Source of the DNA: Macrostomum hystrix | Lineage: Eukaryota > Animalia > Platyhelminthes | Direction of reading: 5' to 3' | DNA length: 64,000 bases | Assembly: GCA_950097015.1 (NCBI GenBank) | Contig: CATNEN010000030.1 | Span: 1,984,001 to 2,048,000 of the forward strand | Shown: piece by piece, positions 1 to 12,640 of the stretch | How positions within the stretch are numbered: the first letter of the stretch is position 1 | Layout of the letters: every line of letters begins with the position of its first letter | Made by a program: the position numbers and the translations under genes | The notes under the pieces: model-generated | The model's database searches: none | Told to the model about the DNA's origin: nothing | Seen by the model: only the letters and a program-made list of their open reading frames with translations

Positions 1-128
1 AGAGGATTCTATGTGGGATTTCTTAAAGACTCTAGGTGGGATTTGTTAAAGATTCTAGGTGGGATTTCTAGAGGATTCTATGTGTGATTTCTTTAAGATT
101 CTAGCTGGGATTTCTTGAAAGTTCTATG
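1..128. repeat. Degenerate 23-bp minisatellite (MFS intron)
   Basis: gggattt recurs at 15, 38 and 61. Confidence 0.65.
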
Positions 129-136
129 ATTTCAGG

Positions 137-371
137 ACAGAGTGGCAGAGCGGTTAACGCGTGTGCTCTCGCACCAAGGTCCGATTAATTTTAGCTCGAG
201 GCCAGATTAATTTGGGGTGCAGCCGCGGAGTTCAATTTACGCCTTCGAGGGCGAACCTCCAAGGCACAGTGAGAGTGTACACGGCCTGACGATGAGAAAG
301 CTAGGGCAGATGTACACACTCTGTGTGAGTGTGTAGCTGCGTATGGTATCTGTGTGCGTTTGTGCTCAGGA
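137..371 (+). mobile_element. tRNA-derived SINE family A, 3'-truncated copy
   Basis: A-box-like TGGCAGAGCGG; body shared with copies at 45535, 50003, 51686 and 54196 (ccaaggcacagtgagagtgtacac...gtgtgctcagga). Confidence 0.8.
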
Positions 372-457
372 CTTCTAATGTAGGATTTCTAAAGGGTTTT
401 AGGCGGGACTAATGAAGGATTCCAGGTAATAGAAATCATTTGAGAAAGGGGCCTCAC

Positions 458-3400
458 CTGCTGCCACACAGCGATGTCGCGCGATTTGTCGTTCTCGTCT
501 GGCAGCACGTCCATGAGCAGGGCAAAGTCCACGGCCTGGTAGCCGCCGAATGACAGGCCGAACACCACGGCCACCGCGGTGGCGATGTAAAAGGCCTGCT
601 GACCCCGAAGGCCGGCTAGGATGGCAGCGCTGAGGCCCATCAGGATGGAGGCGGCGATCACCAGCGGCTTGCGGCGGCCGATCTTGTCCGACAGCAGACC
701 CGAGCCCACCGAGCTGCGGACGGAGCCGAGGGTGAGATTTGGAGTGGGAGGGTGAGATGGTAGAGGATGAGATTGTGGAATGGGAGGGTGAGATGGTAAA
801 GGATGAGATTGTGGAGTGGAGAGTGGGAGATGGTTGAGTGGGAGGTGAGATGGTAGAGAATGAGATTGTGGAGTGGAGAGGGGGAGATGGTAGAGTGGAG
901 AGGGGGAGATGGTAGAGTGGAGAGGGGGAGATGGTAGAGTGGAGAGGGGGAGATGGTAGAGTGGAGAGGGGGAGATGGTAGAGTGGAGAGGGGGAGATGG
1001 TAGAGTGGAGAGAGGGAGATGGTAGAGTGGAGAGGGGGAGATGGTAGAGTGGAGAGGGGGGATGGTAGAGTGGAGAGAGGGAGATGCTAGAGTGGAGAGG
1101 GGGAGATGGTAGAGTGAAAAGTGTATGATCATTAATTTAAGAAATCCTTCAAAATATAGGATCCCAAAATGAGTGCTGTCAAGTGTCAAAAGCGTCAGTC
1201 TTACGACAGAGCAGCGGTGCAAAGCAGTGGAATGAGCAGCAGAGAGACGCCCTTGGCCGGGTTCCAGCAGTTTGGCAGGTTCACCATGTCGCTGAGCCAG
1301 TATTCCAGAAAGCTGAGCATTGGTTCAGGATCATAGTGAATGGATAATAGTTTGTTGTTATTCTGCAATAATAATGCACTACTTAAAGTAGATTAGCTCA
1401 CCCAACAACAGTTGACAGGCCCTGCTGCATCAGGAAGCGGGTGACGAAAACCCAGCGAAAATCGTGCTCTAAAAGTTAAGCAGCGGTTGGATGCTGTCTT
1501 AGCGGATCTGTCTATTAGGATCTGTCTATTAGGATCTGTCTATGGGGATCTGTCTATTAGGATCTGTCTATGGGGATCTGTCTATGGGAATCTGTCTATG
1601 GGAATCTGTCTATGGGGATCTGTCTATTGGGATCTGTCTATGAGGAATCTGCCTATGGGGATCTGTCTATGGGAATCTGTCTATGGGAATCTGTCTATGG
1701 GGATCTGTCTATGAGGAATCTGCCTATGGGGATCTGTCTATGGCGATCTGTCTATGAGGAATCTGCCTATAGGGGATCTGTCTATGGGGATCTGTCTATT
1801 AGGATCTGTCTATGGGGATCTGTCTATGGGAATCTGTCTATGGGGATCTGTCTATGGGGATCTGTCTATTAGGATCTGTCTATGGGGATCTGTCTATTAG
1901 GATCTGTCTATGGGGATCTGTCTATGGGGATCTGTCTATGAGGAATCTGCCTATAGGGGATCTTTCTATGGAGATCTTTCTATGGTGATCTGTCTATGGG
2001 GATCTGTCTATGGGGATCTGCTATGGGGGATCTGTCTATGGGGATCTGTCTATGGGGATCTGTCTATGGGAATCTGCCTACGGGGGTATGTTTTTGAGGA
2101 TCTGTCTATGGGGATCTGTCTATGGGAATCTGCCTACGGGGGTATGTTTTTGAGGATCTGTCTATGGGGGTATGTTTATGAGGATCTGTCTATGGGGGTA
2201 TGTTTATGAGGATCTGTCTATGGTGATCTGCCAATGGGGATATTTTTATGAGGATCTGTCTATGGGGTATGTTTATGAGGATCTGTCTATGGTGATCTGC
2301 CAATGGGGGTATGTTTATAGCGATCTGTCTATGGGGGTATGTTTATGAGGATCTGTCTATGGGGGTATGTTTATGAGGATCTGTCTATGTGGGTATGTTT
2401 ATGAGGATCTGTCTATGGGGATCTGCCAATGGGGATATGTTTATGGGGATCTGTCTATGGGGATCTGCCAATATGGATATGTTTATGGGCATCTGTCTAT
2501 GGGCATCTGTCTATGGAGATCTGTCTATGGGGATCTGTCTATGGGGGATCTGTCTAAGGAAATCTGTCTTGGAGGATTTGTCGTCGCGGATACTATCTTA
2601 AACTATAAACGGGCAGCATTATGCCTTTAATAAATTTACTAAGTTGCTATTGAGGATTGAGAAAGTAATGAAGCATTAATTAATCTGTACCACACCTTTT
2701 AATGGCTCCCAAAAGCCTAGAAGTAAGTCCTTGCATTCTAAAATAGAAAAAAAAATTGATTTAATCAAGGATTAAACTGCTTAATTCAGATTGAAAGACA
2801 GGGTTTCTACCATAGACAAAAGACTCACTGATTGGCTCATGTGTATCCTTCGTTGGCGGCTCGTCCACGGAGATCACGGTGATAGCGATGCACGGAATGA
2901 GGATGCAGATGACCACACCGTACAGACCCAGGACGCCCAGGTTCTGTTGATGGCAGTAAGGTGGTTCCGCTTCGTGGATGAGATTGACTGATGAGATTGA
3001 CTCATCCACTTGAGTGACTGAGGTGTGAACTCCACACCCAGCTTGCTATCCACTCCAGTGACTGAGGTGTGAACTCCACACCCAGCTTGCTATCCACTCC
3101 AGTGACTGAGGTGTGAACTCCACACCCAGCTTGCTATCCACTCCAGTGACTGAGGTGTGAACTCCACACCCAGCTTGCTATCCACTCCAGTGACTGAGGT
3201 GTGAACTCCTCACCCAGCTTGCTATCCACTCCAGTGACTGAGGTGTGAACTCCACACCCAGCTTGCTATCCACTCCAGTGACTGAGGTGTGAACTCCTCA
3301 CCCAGCTTGCTATCCACTCCAGTGACTGAGGTGTGAACTCCACACCCAGCTTGCTATCCACTCCAGTGACTGAGGTGTGAACTCCACACCCAGCTTGCTA

Positions 3401-6400
3401 TCCACTCCAGTGACTGAGGTGTGAACTGGACACCCCGGAGCTAGTCGCTAAGATATCTGTCAAGATAAATGCACTATTGAGCGGAAGCAGCAAGCGAACC
3501 ACTTACGCTGAGGAAGAGACCGAGAGCAGCTCCGGAAATATTGCCTAGCAGGATCATGCCGCCCATGACGCCGCTACTGAGGCCTGTTAAATTTGAGTTT
3601 CCAGATTAGATTATGTACTTTTATTATTACGAGCGTACTGCATTGAGTAGGTAGCGCAAGATAGAAAATTAAAAGGATGTGATCCTCTCTACCCACCTCT
3701 CTGTGACGGATGAGCCTTGTCAGCGATCAGTGCATTGTAGGGCGTGATGGTACACACATAGGACACCGTGACCACAAAGTAGAACGGTATGAATAGACCT
3801 GTAATATTGCGAAAATATGCATATGTAACTTCAACAATAATACGAGCTAATAATATTTTCAGCAGAGCTGTTGGCACTGGAACATCAATCGGCGACACTA
3901 GACCCGCAGCCAGCGAGGTGCCTCTGGCTGTTTTGAAGTCAATTCGATTTGTTCTGCAACATAAATTCCCTTATACGTACCCAGACTGCCAGATAGAACC
4001 TCATCGTCCACAGCCAGATTGTTCTCCTTGGCCTCCAGGACAACCTTCTTGGTGTTGAAATCTTTCAGGTAGGGATTCTGATAGCCGCTACCGTTCCTGT
4101 GCTGATAGAATGGCTTGCAGCGGACCTGCACCAGGTCGACATTGCACTGCGGGTTTGTGATTTGGAGTGCGGGATATGGGTTTCTACTGGATGGTGTGTG
4201 GGTTTCTACTGGATGGTTTGTGGGTTTCTTCTGGGTGGCGTGTGGGTTTCTACTGGATGGTGTGTGGGTTTCTTCTGGGTGGCGTGTGGGTTTCTACTGG
4301 ATGGTGTGTGGGTTTCTACTGGATGGTGTGTGGGTTTCTACTGGATGGTGTGTGGGTTTCTTCTGGGTGGCGTGTGGGTTTCTACTGGATGGTGTGTGGG
4401 TTTCTACTGGATGGTGTGTGGGTTTCTACTGGGTGGCGTGTGGGTTTCTACTGGATGGTGTGTGGGTTTCTTCTGGGTGGCGTGTGGGTTTCTACTGGAT
4501 GGTGTTGGTGTGTGGGTTTCTTCTGGGTGGCATGTGGGTTTCTACTGGATGGTGTGTGGGTTTCTACTGGATGGTGTGTGGGTTTCTTCTGGGTGGTGTG
4601 TGGGTTTCTTCTGGGTGGCGTGTGGGTTTCTACTGGATGGTGTGTGGGTTTCTACTGGATGGTGTGTGGGTTTCTACTGGGTGGCGTGTGGGTTTCTACT
4701 GGATGGTGTGTGGGTTTATTCTGGGTGGCGTGTGGGTTTCTACTGGATGGTGTGTGGGTTTATTCTGGGTGGCGTGTGGGTTTCTACTGGATGGTGTGTG
4801 GGTTTCTTCTGGGTGGCGTGTGGGTTTCTACTGGATGGTGTGTGGGTTTCTACTGGGTGGCGTGTGGGTTTCTACTGGATGGTGTGTGGGTTTCTACTGG
4901 ATGGTGTGTGGGTTTCTACTGGGTGGCGTGTGGGTTTCTACTGGATGGTGTGTCAGTTAGAACACCGTATATTGTGTACTTTTAAACAGCAGTGATGCTG
5001 ATCAAACAATAAACATAGAGTGTTCTGATTTCTCACCATTCCATTCTCGTCGGTATTGGAGGTGCCATTTTTTCCTTCGGCCAGCTTTTTGCTGAAAAAT
5101 GGACAACAATGTTTAAAGTGCATACACAAAATTTGTTTATTTAAAATAGAGGTACTTTTTATAATTAAAATGATTTTATACATTAAAATCAGACAGTATA
5201 TTGTAAAAGCCATATTGTTAAAAATGGGAGTACGTGATTCGCTACTTACAAGTGCACCTTGGGAGCGCTCAGCCCCATGCCGAGTAGGCCAAGGCTGCAA
5301 TTGTGAGTTTACGGGGTTAGGAAAATGTCGGGAAAAAATGAAATGAAACGGCAAGTCCCATTTGCAAGTATTTTCTCCTCATCCACGGCTTGATGAGCTT
5401 GGCTTCGATTGTTGTTGTGAAGGTTGAAAAGTCGATTTGAATTCTCCCAATCCCATCCTCCATTCTTCTCTGTTCCCCATCCTCCTCTCAGTGTTAGTAG
5501 CAAATACTCCTCTACTGCACTGCGCGTCACCTGGGCGGGCTGGGGGAAAACCCGCATGAGATGAAGCTCCCAAAAATCTATTCTTTAGCGAGAGAGGCAC
5601 GTGGATTCAGAGTGACAGTCTGCAGTCTGGGAAAAGTGCACCTTGAATCACACGCACATACACTCAAACACTGAATGCATACGAGCGTATGCATTCTCCT
5701 AATACTTCACCGCGGTCGACTAGCTTGTCTCCTAGGGCATAATTTCAACACAGACATCAGGACAAAGAGAGAATGTGGAGAGGGAAAAGTGCAACACGGA
5801 AGGCAATTTAATGCGCGGCAATTGCTACGATTCACGGCTAGAATTCAGCTGCTGCTCTGCAATACAGTTTTGCTATGTTAAAACCTAAATCAATGGGCTT
5901 ATTTAGAAGCCTGCCTTACTCCGCTAAGCGCCAAACTCACTCCTTTAAACTCCAACCTCACTACGCGAAGCGCCAACCTGACCCCTGCTAAGCGCCAGCC
6001 TCACTCCGCTAAGCGCCAACCTCACTCCGCTAAGCGCCAACCTCACTCCGCTAAACGCAAACCTCACTCCGCTAAGCGCCAACCTCACTCCGCTAAACGC
6101 AAACCTCACTCCGCTAAGCGCCAACCTCACTCCGCTAAGCGCCAATTAACAACCAAACAACCAGCTCAGTTCACTCAGCTATATTACCGACCGTCATTGT
6201 TCAACAGAAACAATGTTTCCAACTAACCACAGGCAGAGGGTCGCCAAAACCATCACCGGGCGTCGCCTGCCGAATTTAGACACCAGCCGATCGCTTTGCA
6301 TGCCGATCAGTGGGCCGGAGATGAATGTTAACACGGCACCGCCGGCCACCATGCCGCCAAGCACAGAGCCCTTGTTACCAGACCCGACCATCGCCTGCAC

Positions 6401-9400
6401 CTGGGCTGGCACCACTGTGGATTATCAAAAATGCGTTTAAATACAATAAAATTGACTTATGACAAAAGAAAAGCTGTTAAATATCTACTTATGTTATTAA
6501 AGGACTCCTTATTAAATGACACCTGAATCAAATGACACCTGAATCAAATGACACCTGAATCAAATGACACCTGAATCAAATGTCACCTGAATCAAATGAC
6601 ACCTGAATCAAATGACACCTGAATCAAATGTCACCTGAATCAAATGACACCTGAATCAAATGACACCTGAATCAAATGTCACCTGAATCAAATGACACCT
6701 GAATCAAATGACACCTGAATCAAATGACACCTGAATCAAATGACACCTGAATCAAATGACACCTGAATCAAATGACACCTGAATCAAATGACACCTGAAT
6801 CAAAAAACACATGAAGAAGTTTCTAAGCAGTCTCACCTTCCACGGAGAGCACCAGGAACATGAGGTTCAGGCCCAGAAAGGACAGATTGAGCAGCAGGAT
6901 GCGCAGCTTGGACAGTGGCGGTCCGACTCCAACACCGCCAACACCGGCACCAACAATGGGATCTCGATCCCCATCCGTCTCCGGCGGGTTGCTGGGTGAA
7001 AGAATTAATGGGATATTGAAAAAAGTAGCTTTTTTGCTCAAAGTTTACATAAATTAAAAAAATTGACTGACACTGCATTCCATTTACCTCGAAAATTATT
7101 TATAATGAGCGTTCATTGTTGAAAGGACAATTAAGGTCGCTTTGAAGCTGACTACAATGGCTGGTATCGAGTTTAAAATTTTACATTTACCATTTTTTAG
7201 TCCTAATCATCCAAACTTTAATTGAATCTATCAATTTCTCTCAGCTCACAATTTCTCCCATCTCACTACTTCACCCATCTCACTAAGTCTCCCATCTCAC
7301 TACGTCTCCCATCTCACTACTTCCCCCATCTCACTACGTCTCCCATCTCACTACTTCTCCCATCTCACTACTTATCCCATCTCACTACGTCTCCCATCTC
7401 ACTACGTCTCCCATCTCACTACATCTCCCATCTCACTACGTCTCCCATCTCACTACTTCCCCCATCTCACTACTTCTCCCATCTCACTACTTCTCCCATC
7501 TCACTACTTATCCCATCTCACTACTTCTCCCATCTCACTATTTCTCCCATCTCACTACATCTCCCATCTGACTACTTCTCCCATCTCACTACTTCTCCCA
7601 TCTCACTACGTCTCCCATCTCACTACTTCTCCCATCTCACTACATCTCCCATCTCACTACTTATCCCATCTCACTACTTCTCTCATCTTTCACTATCTTC
7701 AAATTTCGAAGATCTTCGCTTCCAAAAAAGTGTTTCGATCGCACGAAGAAAAGAAATATTAAATTAGGAGATTTAAAGTAGCAGACAGTCATAAAAAGTT
7801 TGCAGTAAGGTTTGCCTGGCCCATTCGTAGTTCAGAGACAGAGGTATTTCCTTCACCGTATGCGTAGAAATAAATTATTGCAGCATAACGGAAGAGCAAT
7901 CTAATTTAGCGCTCACTCCGGTACCTGGACTCCTCTGTGTACTTTCCAGCTGGCGGAGCAGTCTTGTCCTTCAGCGAGTGACTTTCACCTCTGGAATCAG
8001 GTGCGCCAGCGATGCCGCTGCTCAATTATGTACTTTGTTACTGTAATCTACCGAAGCTGTAATCTACCGAAACTGTAATCTACCGAAACTGTAATCTACC
8101 GAAACTGTAATCTACCGAAACTGAAATCTACCGAAACTGTAATCTACTGAAGCTGTAATCTACTGAAACTGTAATCTACTGAAGCTGTAATCTACTGAAG
8201 CTGTAATCTACCGAAGCTGTAATTTACTGAAACTTGCATCTACCAAAGCTGTAATCTACTGAAACTGTAATCTACTGAAGCTGTAATCTACTGAAACTGT
8301 AATCTACTGAAGCTGTAATCTACTAAAGCTGTAATCTACTGAAACTGGAATCTACTGAAGCTGTAATCTACCAAAACTGTAATCTACCGAAGCTGTAATC
8401 TACCAAAACTGTAATCTACCGAAGCTGTAATCTACTGAAACTTGAATCTACCGAAGCTGTAATCTACTGAAACTTGAATCTACCGAAGCTGTAATCTACC
8501 AAAACTGTAATCTACCGAAGCTGTAATCTACTGAAACTGGAATCTACTGAAGCTGTAATCTACCGAAGCTGTAATCTACCAAAACTGTAATCTACCGAAG
8601 CTGTAATCTACTGAAACTTGAATCTACTGAAGCTGTAATCTACCAAAACTGTAATCTACCGAAACTGTAATTTACTAAAACTTGAATCTACTGAAGCTGT
8701 AATCTACTGAAACTGTAATCTACTGAAGCTGTAATCTACCGAAACTGTAATCTACCGAAACTGTAATTTACTAAAACTTGAATCTACTGAAGCTGTAATC
8801 TACTGAAATTGTAATCTATTACAGCTGTAATCTATTGATTGTAATTTACAATTTGTATCTAAACAAATCATGATCTCCTAAGTGTAAAGCGCCGGCAGCC
8901 ATTCAGAGGTGACAAGTGTAGCACAACTTACTCCATGCCTCAATCAGTCTAGGCCGCAAAACTCCGGCCTTTGAAGGTGGTGTCCGTCAACTGAGGTTGC
9001 CACACTGGGTCGGCTAATCATCGCATGTCTAAATAGCGAGCGGCATACTTAAAGGATTGGCTGGAACCCAAAATTAGGCCGATATATTTTTTGGCCAACA
9101 AAAATTAGGACAGAAACGAAAGAAATTGTATAGAGAGTCAGTATCTGCTTGGGATCAAATTAGATATATAATATATTACTTTTGTTAATATAATGTCTCT
9201 CTAGGAGGGCTCTCGAGGCGATTGAAGTGTGAGCACAGGGGCGGCGTTGAGGCGGTTATTCGCTCCGGAAAAATCAATAACACGCCAAGCAGATACGAAG
9301 CTTTGCTAAATACTGAAGTTAAAAAAAATTTGGCTTCGGACAAATACATTATCTTATATGGGAATAGTTGAGACTGCAGACTGTCACACTCCCACTGCTA

Positions 9401-10804
9401 GCTGGTAACTTGTTTTGTGTCCACGGTCCTACTGACTGGAACCTGCTTTTAAGTCCCTTTAAAAATAAGTTTTTTATTTCTTTTTCGATCTTGCTGTCTT
9501 GATAGTATTTTCTCCTATCCTACCCACTTCGACTAAGTGCGGGGGTGGTCCAAAAATACTTTTCACAATTGTACCATAAATTCATAAGTAACACAAGTAG
9601 CTTTGTCATAAAGTTACCACTAAATATTTTCAACTCTCTCTGTGCCATTCCGCCTCTTGCTCCGTGCCATTCCACCCCTCTCTGTGCCATTCCACCCCTC
9701 TCTGTGCCATTCAACCCCTCTCTGTGCCATTCCACCCCTCTCTGTGCCATTCAACCCCTCTCTGTGCCATTCCACCCCTCTCTGTGCCATTCCACCCCTC
9801 TCTGTGCCATTCCACCCCTCTCTGTGCCCTTCCACCCCTCTCTGTGCCATTCAACCCCTCTCTGTGCCATTCCACCCCTCTCTGTGCCATTCAACCCCTC
9901 TCTGTGCCATTCAACCCCTCTCTGTGCCATTCCACCCCTCTCTGTGCCATTCAACCCCTCTCTGTGCCATTCCACCCCTCTCTGTGCCAGTCCACCCTCT
10001 CTGAACCATTCCACCTTCTCTGAACCATTCCACCTTATCTGAACCATTCCACACTCTCTGAACCATTCCACCCTCTCTGAACCATTCCACCCTCTCTGTG
10101 CCATTCCACCCTCTCTGAACCATTCCACCCTCTCTGTATCATTCCACCACTCTCTGTGCCATTCCACCCTCTCTGTACCATTCCACCCTCTCTGTGCCAT
10201 TCCACCTCTGTGTGCCATTTCACCTCTCTATGTGCCATTCCACCTCTCTGTGCCATTTCACCTCTCTATGTGCCATTTCACCTCTCTCTGTGCCATTCCA
10301 CCCTCTCTCTGTGCCATTTCACCTCTCTCTGTGCCATTCCACCCTCTCTGAACCATTCCACCCTCTCTGAACCATTCCACCCTCTCTGAACCATTCCACC
10401 CTCTCTGTGCCATTCCACCCTCTCTGAACCATTCCACCCTCTCTGAACCATTCCACCCTCTCTGAACCATTCCACCCTCTCTGTGCCATTCCACCCTCTC
10501 TGTGCCATTCCACCCTCTCTGTACCATTCCACCCTCTCTGTGCCATTCCACCCTCTCTGTGCCATTCCACCTCTCTGTGCCATTTCACCTCTCTCTGTGC
10601 CATTCCACCTCTCTCTTTGTACAATTCGACCTCTATCTCTCTTCCATTCCATTCTCCAGTGTGGCATTACACGTAAAGCCAAACAGGCTTAGCCAGCACT
10701 TACTTAAAGGTGAGCGTGCAGGTGTCCTCGCCCAGCTCAGTGCCGAGCAGCTCAGCCCGCCTGTAGTGCGTGTTCTCAAAGCTGCGCCTGTACTCGCTTG
10801 TCAT
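458..10804 (-). CDS. Major facilitator superfamily (MFS) transporter, multi-exon, 3' end off the left edge of the window
   Basis: Phase-consistent GT-AG exon chain: 10804-10704, 9619-9524, 8017-7925, 6991-6837, 6414-6228, 5294-5250, 5091-5037, 4146-3981, 3798-3697, 3583-3507, 2943-2829, 2716-2696, 1468-1402, 1312-1205, 713-458. MFS motif A twice ([16 protein letters not shown]; [12 protein letters not shown]), [47 protein letters not shown]. The first three exons are supported only by splice signals and phase. Confidence 0.88.
732..1115. repeat. 22-bp minisatellite (GGGGAGATGGTAGAGTGGAGAG)n
   Basis: Direct tandem array inside MFS intron 1204-714. Confidence 0.95.
1503..2558. repeat. 14-bp minisatellite (GGGGATCTGTCTAT)n
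   Basis: Tandem array with variant units, MFS intron 2695-1469. Confidence 0.95.
3014..3427. repeat. 44-bp minisatellite, about 9 copies
   Basis: GTGACTGAGGTGTGAACTCCACACCCAGCTTGCTATCCACTCCA head-to-tail, no spacers. Confidence 0.95.
4176..4953. repeat. 22-bp minisatellite (GTGTGGGTTTCTACTGGATGGT)n
   Basis: Tandem array, MFS intron 5036-4147. Confidence 0.95.
5918..6144. repeat. 21-bp minisatellite (CTCACTCCGCTAAGCGCCAAC)n
   Basis: Tandem array, MFS intron 6227-5295. Confidence 0.9.
6515..6802. repeat. 16-bp minisatellite (AAATGACACCTGAATC)n
   Basis: Nearly homogeneous array, MFS intron 6836-6415. Confidence 0.95.
7250..7690. repeat. 17-bp minisatellite (CCATCTCACTACTTCTC)n
   Basis: Tandem array, MFS intron 7924-6992. 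Confidence 0.95.
8041..8838. repeat. 16-bp minisatellite (CTGTAATCTACCGAAG)n
   Basis: Tandem array beginning 23 nt from the acceptor at 8018. Confidence 0.95.
9635..10615. repeat. 19-20-bp minisatellite (CTCTCTGTGCCATTCCACCC)n
   Basis: Period shifts from 20 to 19 bp along the array. Confidence 0.95.
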
Positions 10805-10914
10805 GCTGCTGCGACCGCTAAAACACGTTTAGGAAAGTTAAGGATGGTATATCAAGATAGTAAGGATATTATTACAATATTAAATATATATATTTCTAAT
10901 TGATTGCTCCAATT

Positions 10915-11077
10915 GATTTCGGATGTGCAGCCGACAGCACAGCCGTGGCTATTGCGCAGCTAATGCTGGTACTCAATTAACATATGGGCGAACTGAAGCC
11001 ATGTCAGAGTGTTAGGAGTCCGAAATCGAACCCACGACCTCCAAGCCGAGTCCAACGCCCTAAGCGATAGGCTACAA
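10915..11077 (-). mobile_element. SINE family B, partial
   Basis: gatgtgcagccgacagcacagccg, gaactgaagc, aaatcgaacccacgacc, ctaggctac-like head remnant. Confidence 0.7.
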
Positions 11078-11576
11078 CTCCCTATACTATAATAATATTT
11101 CAAGTGCTTTTGTCAGCACCAAAGTATTTCTTATTTACCAGTGGAAAGTATAACAAACCTAGCTATAGCTGCGCAGTGTGTTCACACTACATGTATTCCC
11201 AGCAGTGCAGACAGAAAGTCTATATATCCATCTATGTCTTTCTAACATATGCAAAAGCATCTAAAAGCAACTTTATAAAGACTAAGAATGCATCACTGCA
11301 ACCCTAACATTTGTATAAACAAATGTACAAGTAATGTACGCCCAAACCCTTTTTTGTGCCTTGTGTACATTCTAGTGAGAATGGTTAAATCTGCTTTAAC
11401 CATATTGGAAGATGCCTTGTTAGACTATACTTTCAATGGCATGTGCTATACAAATGAGCTGGTCCATTGTGCCATTATCATGTGCAATTGCCTCACACGA
11501 TGCCAAAATTATAAATGTGGCTTCATTGGCTACAGCCAATGAATCTTGAATCACATGCGAAACGTTGACTAAAAGG

Positions 11577-11811
11577 CTGACATTTCCTGACATTCAGTTC
11601 CTGACATTTAATTCCTGACATTCAGTTCCTGACATTCAGCTCCTGACATTCAGTTCCTGACATTCAGCTCCTGACATTCAGTTCCTGACATTCAGTTCCT
11701 GAAATTCAGTTCCTGACATTCAGTTCCTGACATTCAATTCCTGACATTCAGCTCTTGACATTCAGTTCCAGACATTCAGCTCCTGACATTCAGTTCCTGA
11801 CATTCAGTTCC
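11577..11811. repeat. 14-bp minisatellite (CCTGACATTCAGTT)n
   Basis: Tandem array upstream of the MFS ATG exon. Confidence 0.93.
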
Positions 11812-12561
11812 ATACTAACTTACGCTGTTCGCACTTAAGCGTGGCAGATATTCAGCACGAGTTGCGTAGGACCTAACTGGCGAACACTCAATGGTGCTGC
11901 AGCTGTTGTATGTAAAATCAGTCTAAGCCGGAGCTTAATCAAAGTGTTTGAGCCAGGGTGCAGTGCGGCTAGTGGACTAACGCCGTTCAAACAATAATTA
12001 GGCTCTCTATGGTAATACTTGCCCAGTTAGCAAAAAGTTTAGCTAAATATTGTGCCCAGCGCAGGTGAAGGGAGTTGCTTGCTAGGGTCAGGCCACTGGT
12101 GAGCGGCGCAGTCAGCGGAGGGGGTGAGAGCGGAGATGGGGGAAGAGGGTAAAATAGAGGCTGACTGGGGGCCGGGCAACGCCTCAGATGAGGAAGAGAG
12201 AGAAGACTCTCCGGCCTGAGCAGTTGGCTGAGTACAGCCTGGCAGTTTGGGAGGCCCACTTTGATGCGGATGAGCGTTGGGAGCCTAGGGGCATTCTGGC
12301 ATAGCGTCTTCCCCTCGCCACCCCATCCCCTTTCCTTCATGCATGCGCGGCATTGGGGATTCTGGCATTCCCAGCAGCGGTGAAGGTCCTCTCTCTCCTT
12401 TCTCCCCGCCTGTATCCTAGCAGCAGTGATCGTGTATTGAACATTAGAGATGCGGAGCTCCTCAAAGCACAGAGGGGATCAGCGGGGTCTCAGTGGAGAA
12501 AGGAGCTGGAACTCTCATCACTGAGACTGTGGACTCACTGTATGGCAGAGCAGTCGCTTAC

Positions 12562-12640
12562 CAGTCTAGTTAAAATTGCCTTTGGCCGAATTTACCGAAG
12601 GGAGTAACAAGCCTAGCAACTCCAGCTAGCCTTTGGCCTT
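12562..12640 (-). other. Candidate non-coding first exon of the MFS gene
   Basis: Consensus donor actg|gtaagc at 12562/12561 upstream of the acceptor at 10817 that precedes the ATG at 10804; 5' end unknown. Confidence 0.3.

Noticed and set aside
3014-3427. CRISPR-like regularly spaced 44-bp repeats
   Set aside because: Repeats are head-to-tail with no unique spacers, lie in a eukaryotic intron, and there are no cas genes.
458-6991. Bacterial contamination or recent horizontal transfer of the MFS gene
   Set aside because: The gene has at least 14 canonical spliceosomal introns; any bacterial affinity would be ancient and needs phylogeny.
9049-9462. Kolobok-like element (TTAA-AGGATTGG start, also seen near 17706)
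   Set aside because: No convincing matching right TIR.
1487-10692. ORFs over the 14-22-bp arrays (MGICLW.., GVWVSTGW.., MAQRGWNG.., SHYFSHL..)
   Set aside because: Translations of intronic minisatellites with no homology signal.
12030-12560. RNase P, 7SK, SRP or telomerase RNA
   Set aside because: I could not find their conserved motifs or a telomerase template by eye; needs an Infernal search.
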